Below the pieces are notes generated by a model, which did not search any database, was not told the DNA's origin, and saw only the letters and a list, made by a program, of their open reading frames with translations. 64,000 nt of DNA, taken from contig CBDDEL010000016.1 of the NCBI GenBank assembly GCA_965226885.1, positions 108,513 through 172,512 of the forward strand, written 5' to 3'. Below, piece by piece: positions 63,953-64,000 of the stretch. Every line of letters begins with the position of its first letter. The stretch's first letter is position 1. The position numbers and the translations under genes were made by a program. The DNA comes from Opitutales bacterium (GTDB lineage Bacteria > Verrucomicrobiota > Verrucomicrobiia > Opitutales > UBA2987).

Positions 63953-64000
63953 TTAGGAGAATCTCGTGTCCACTTTTTCCAGTGCACATCAGTTTTCTGC

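Larger units (their letters stand above)
62664..63991 (-). mobile_element. IS3-family insertion sequence, type a, copy 2 (1328 bp)
   Basis: Same ends as copy 1; flanks GAT / GTT do not match. Confidence 0.85.

Overview
Bacterial chromosomal window with one tRNA and no rRNA, CRISPR or prophage. Ordinary operons are interleaved with an unusually dense population of insertion sequences (IS).

Chromosomal genes, in order:
- mnmA and an EVE-domain protein.
- A 10-gene Mrp/Mnh-type cation:proton antiporter operon (14250 to 6595, minus strand).
- yqgE and dCMP deaminase.
- A tightly packed plus-strand block: CPA1 antiporter fused to a cNMP-binding domain, SAM methyltransferase, FAD oxidoreductase, type III polyketide synthase, and a frameshifted rhomboid.
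- HAD hydrolase, GNAT acetyltransferase and tRNA-Ser(UGA).
- A cNMP-sensing histidine kinase and a dienelactone hydrolase.
- cimA-thrC-ask-hom-plsY (minus strand).
- A 3-gene minor-pilin/pseudopilin operon.
- rsmB, a 623-aa GreA-family factor, and an ArsR-methyltransferase fusion.
- A frameshifted cNMP-(HhH)2 protein and a BI-1/YccA protein.
- A PQQ sugar dehydrogenase-cytochrome c fusion and an aldo/keto reductase.

Mobile DNA totals about 21 kb, roughly one third of the window, in eight IS types:
- IS3 type a (x2).
- A 1.8-kb IS5-like element with a 493-aa transposase: 2 intact copies, 1 decayed, 1 gutted remnant, plus 2 orphan ends.
- IS1380-family (x2).
- IS1-family (x2), plus an older IS1-like remnant.
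- IS21-family (x2, one frameshifted).
- IS630-family (x1).
- IS3 type b (x1).

Three signals stand out:
- The last 10.5 kb is an IS nest (about 87 percent IS). It has shredded a putative secreted-subunit/chaperone-like surface locus.
- Short tandem duplications (2-20 bp) recur. They inactivate at least four genes and also occur in regulatory and IS-end DNA.
- Two IS types (IS1 and IS3b) have their downstream transposase frame at +1, not -1, across A8/A9 runs.

Limits: all family assignments were made by eye from motifs, with no database search. The taxon cannot be assigned; the long GreA and prepilin-type genes only weakly suggest the PVC group.
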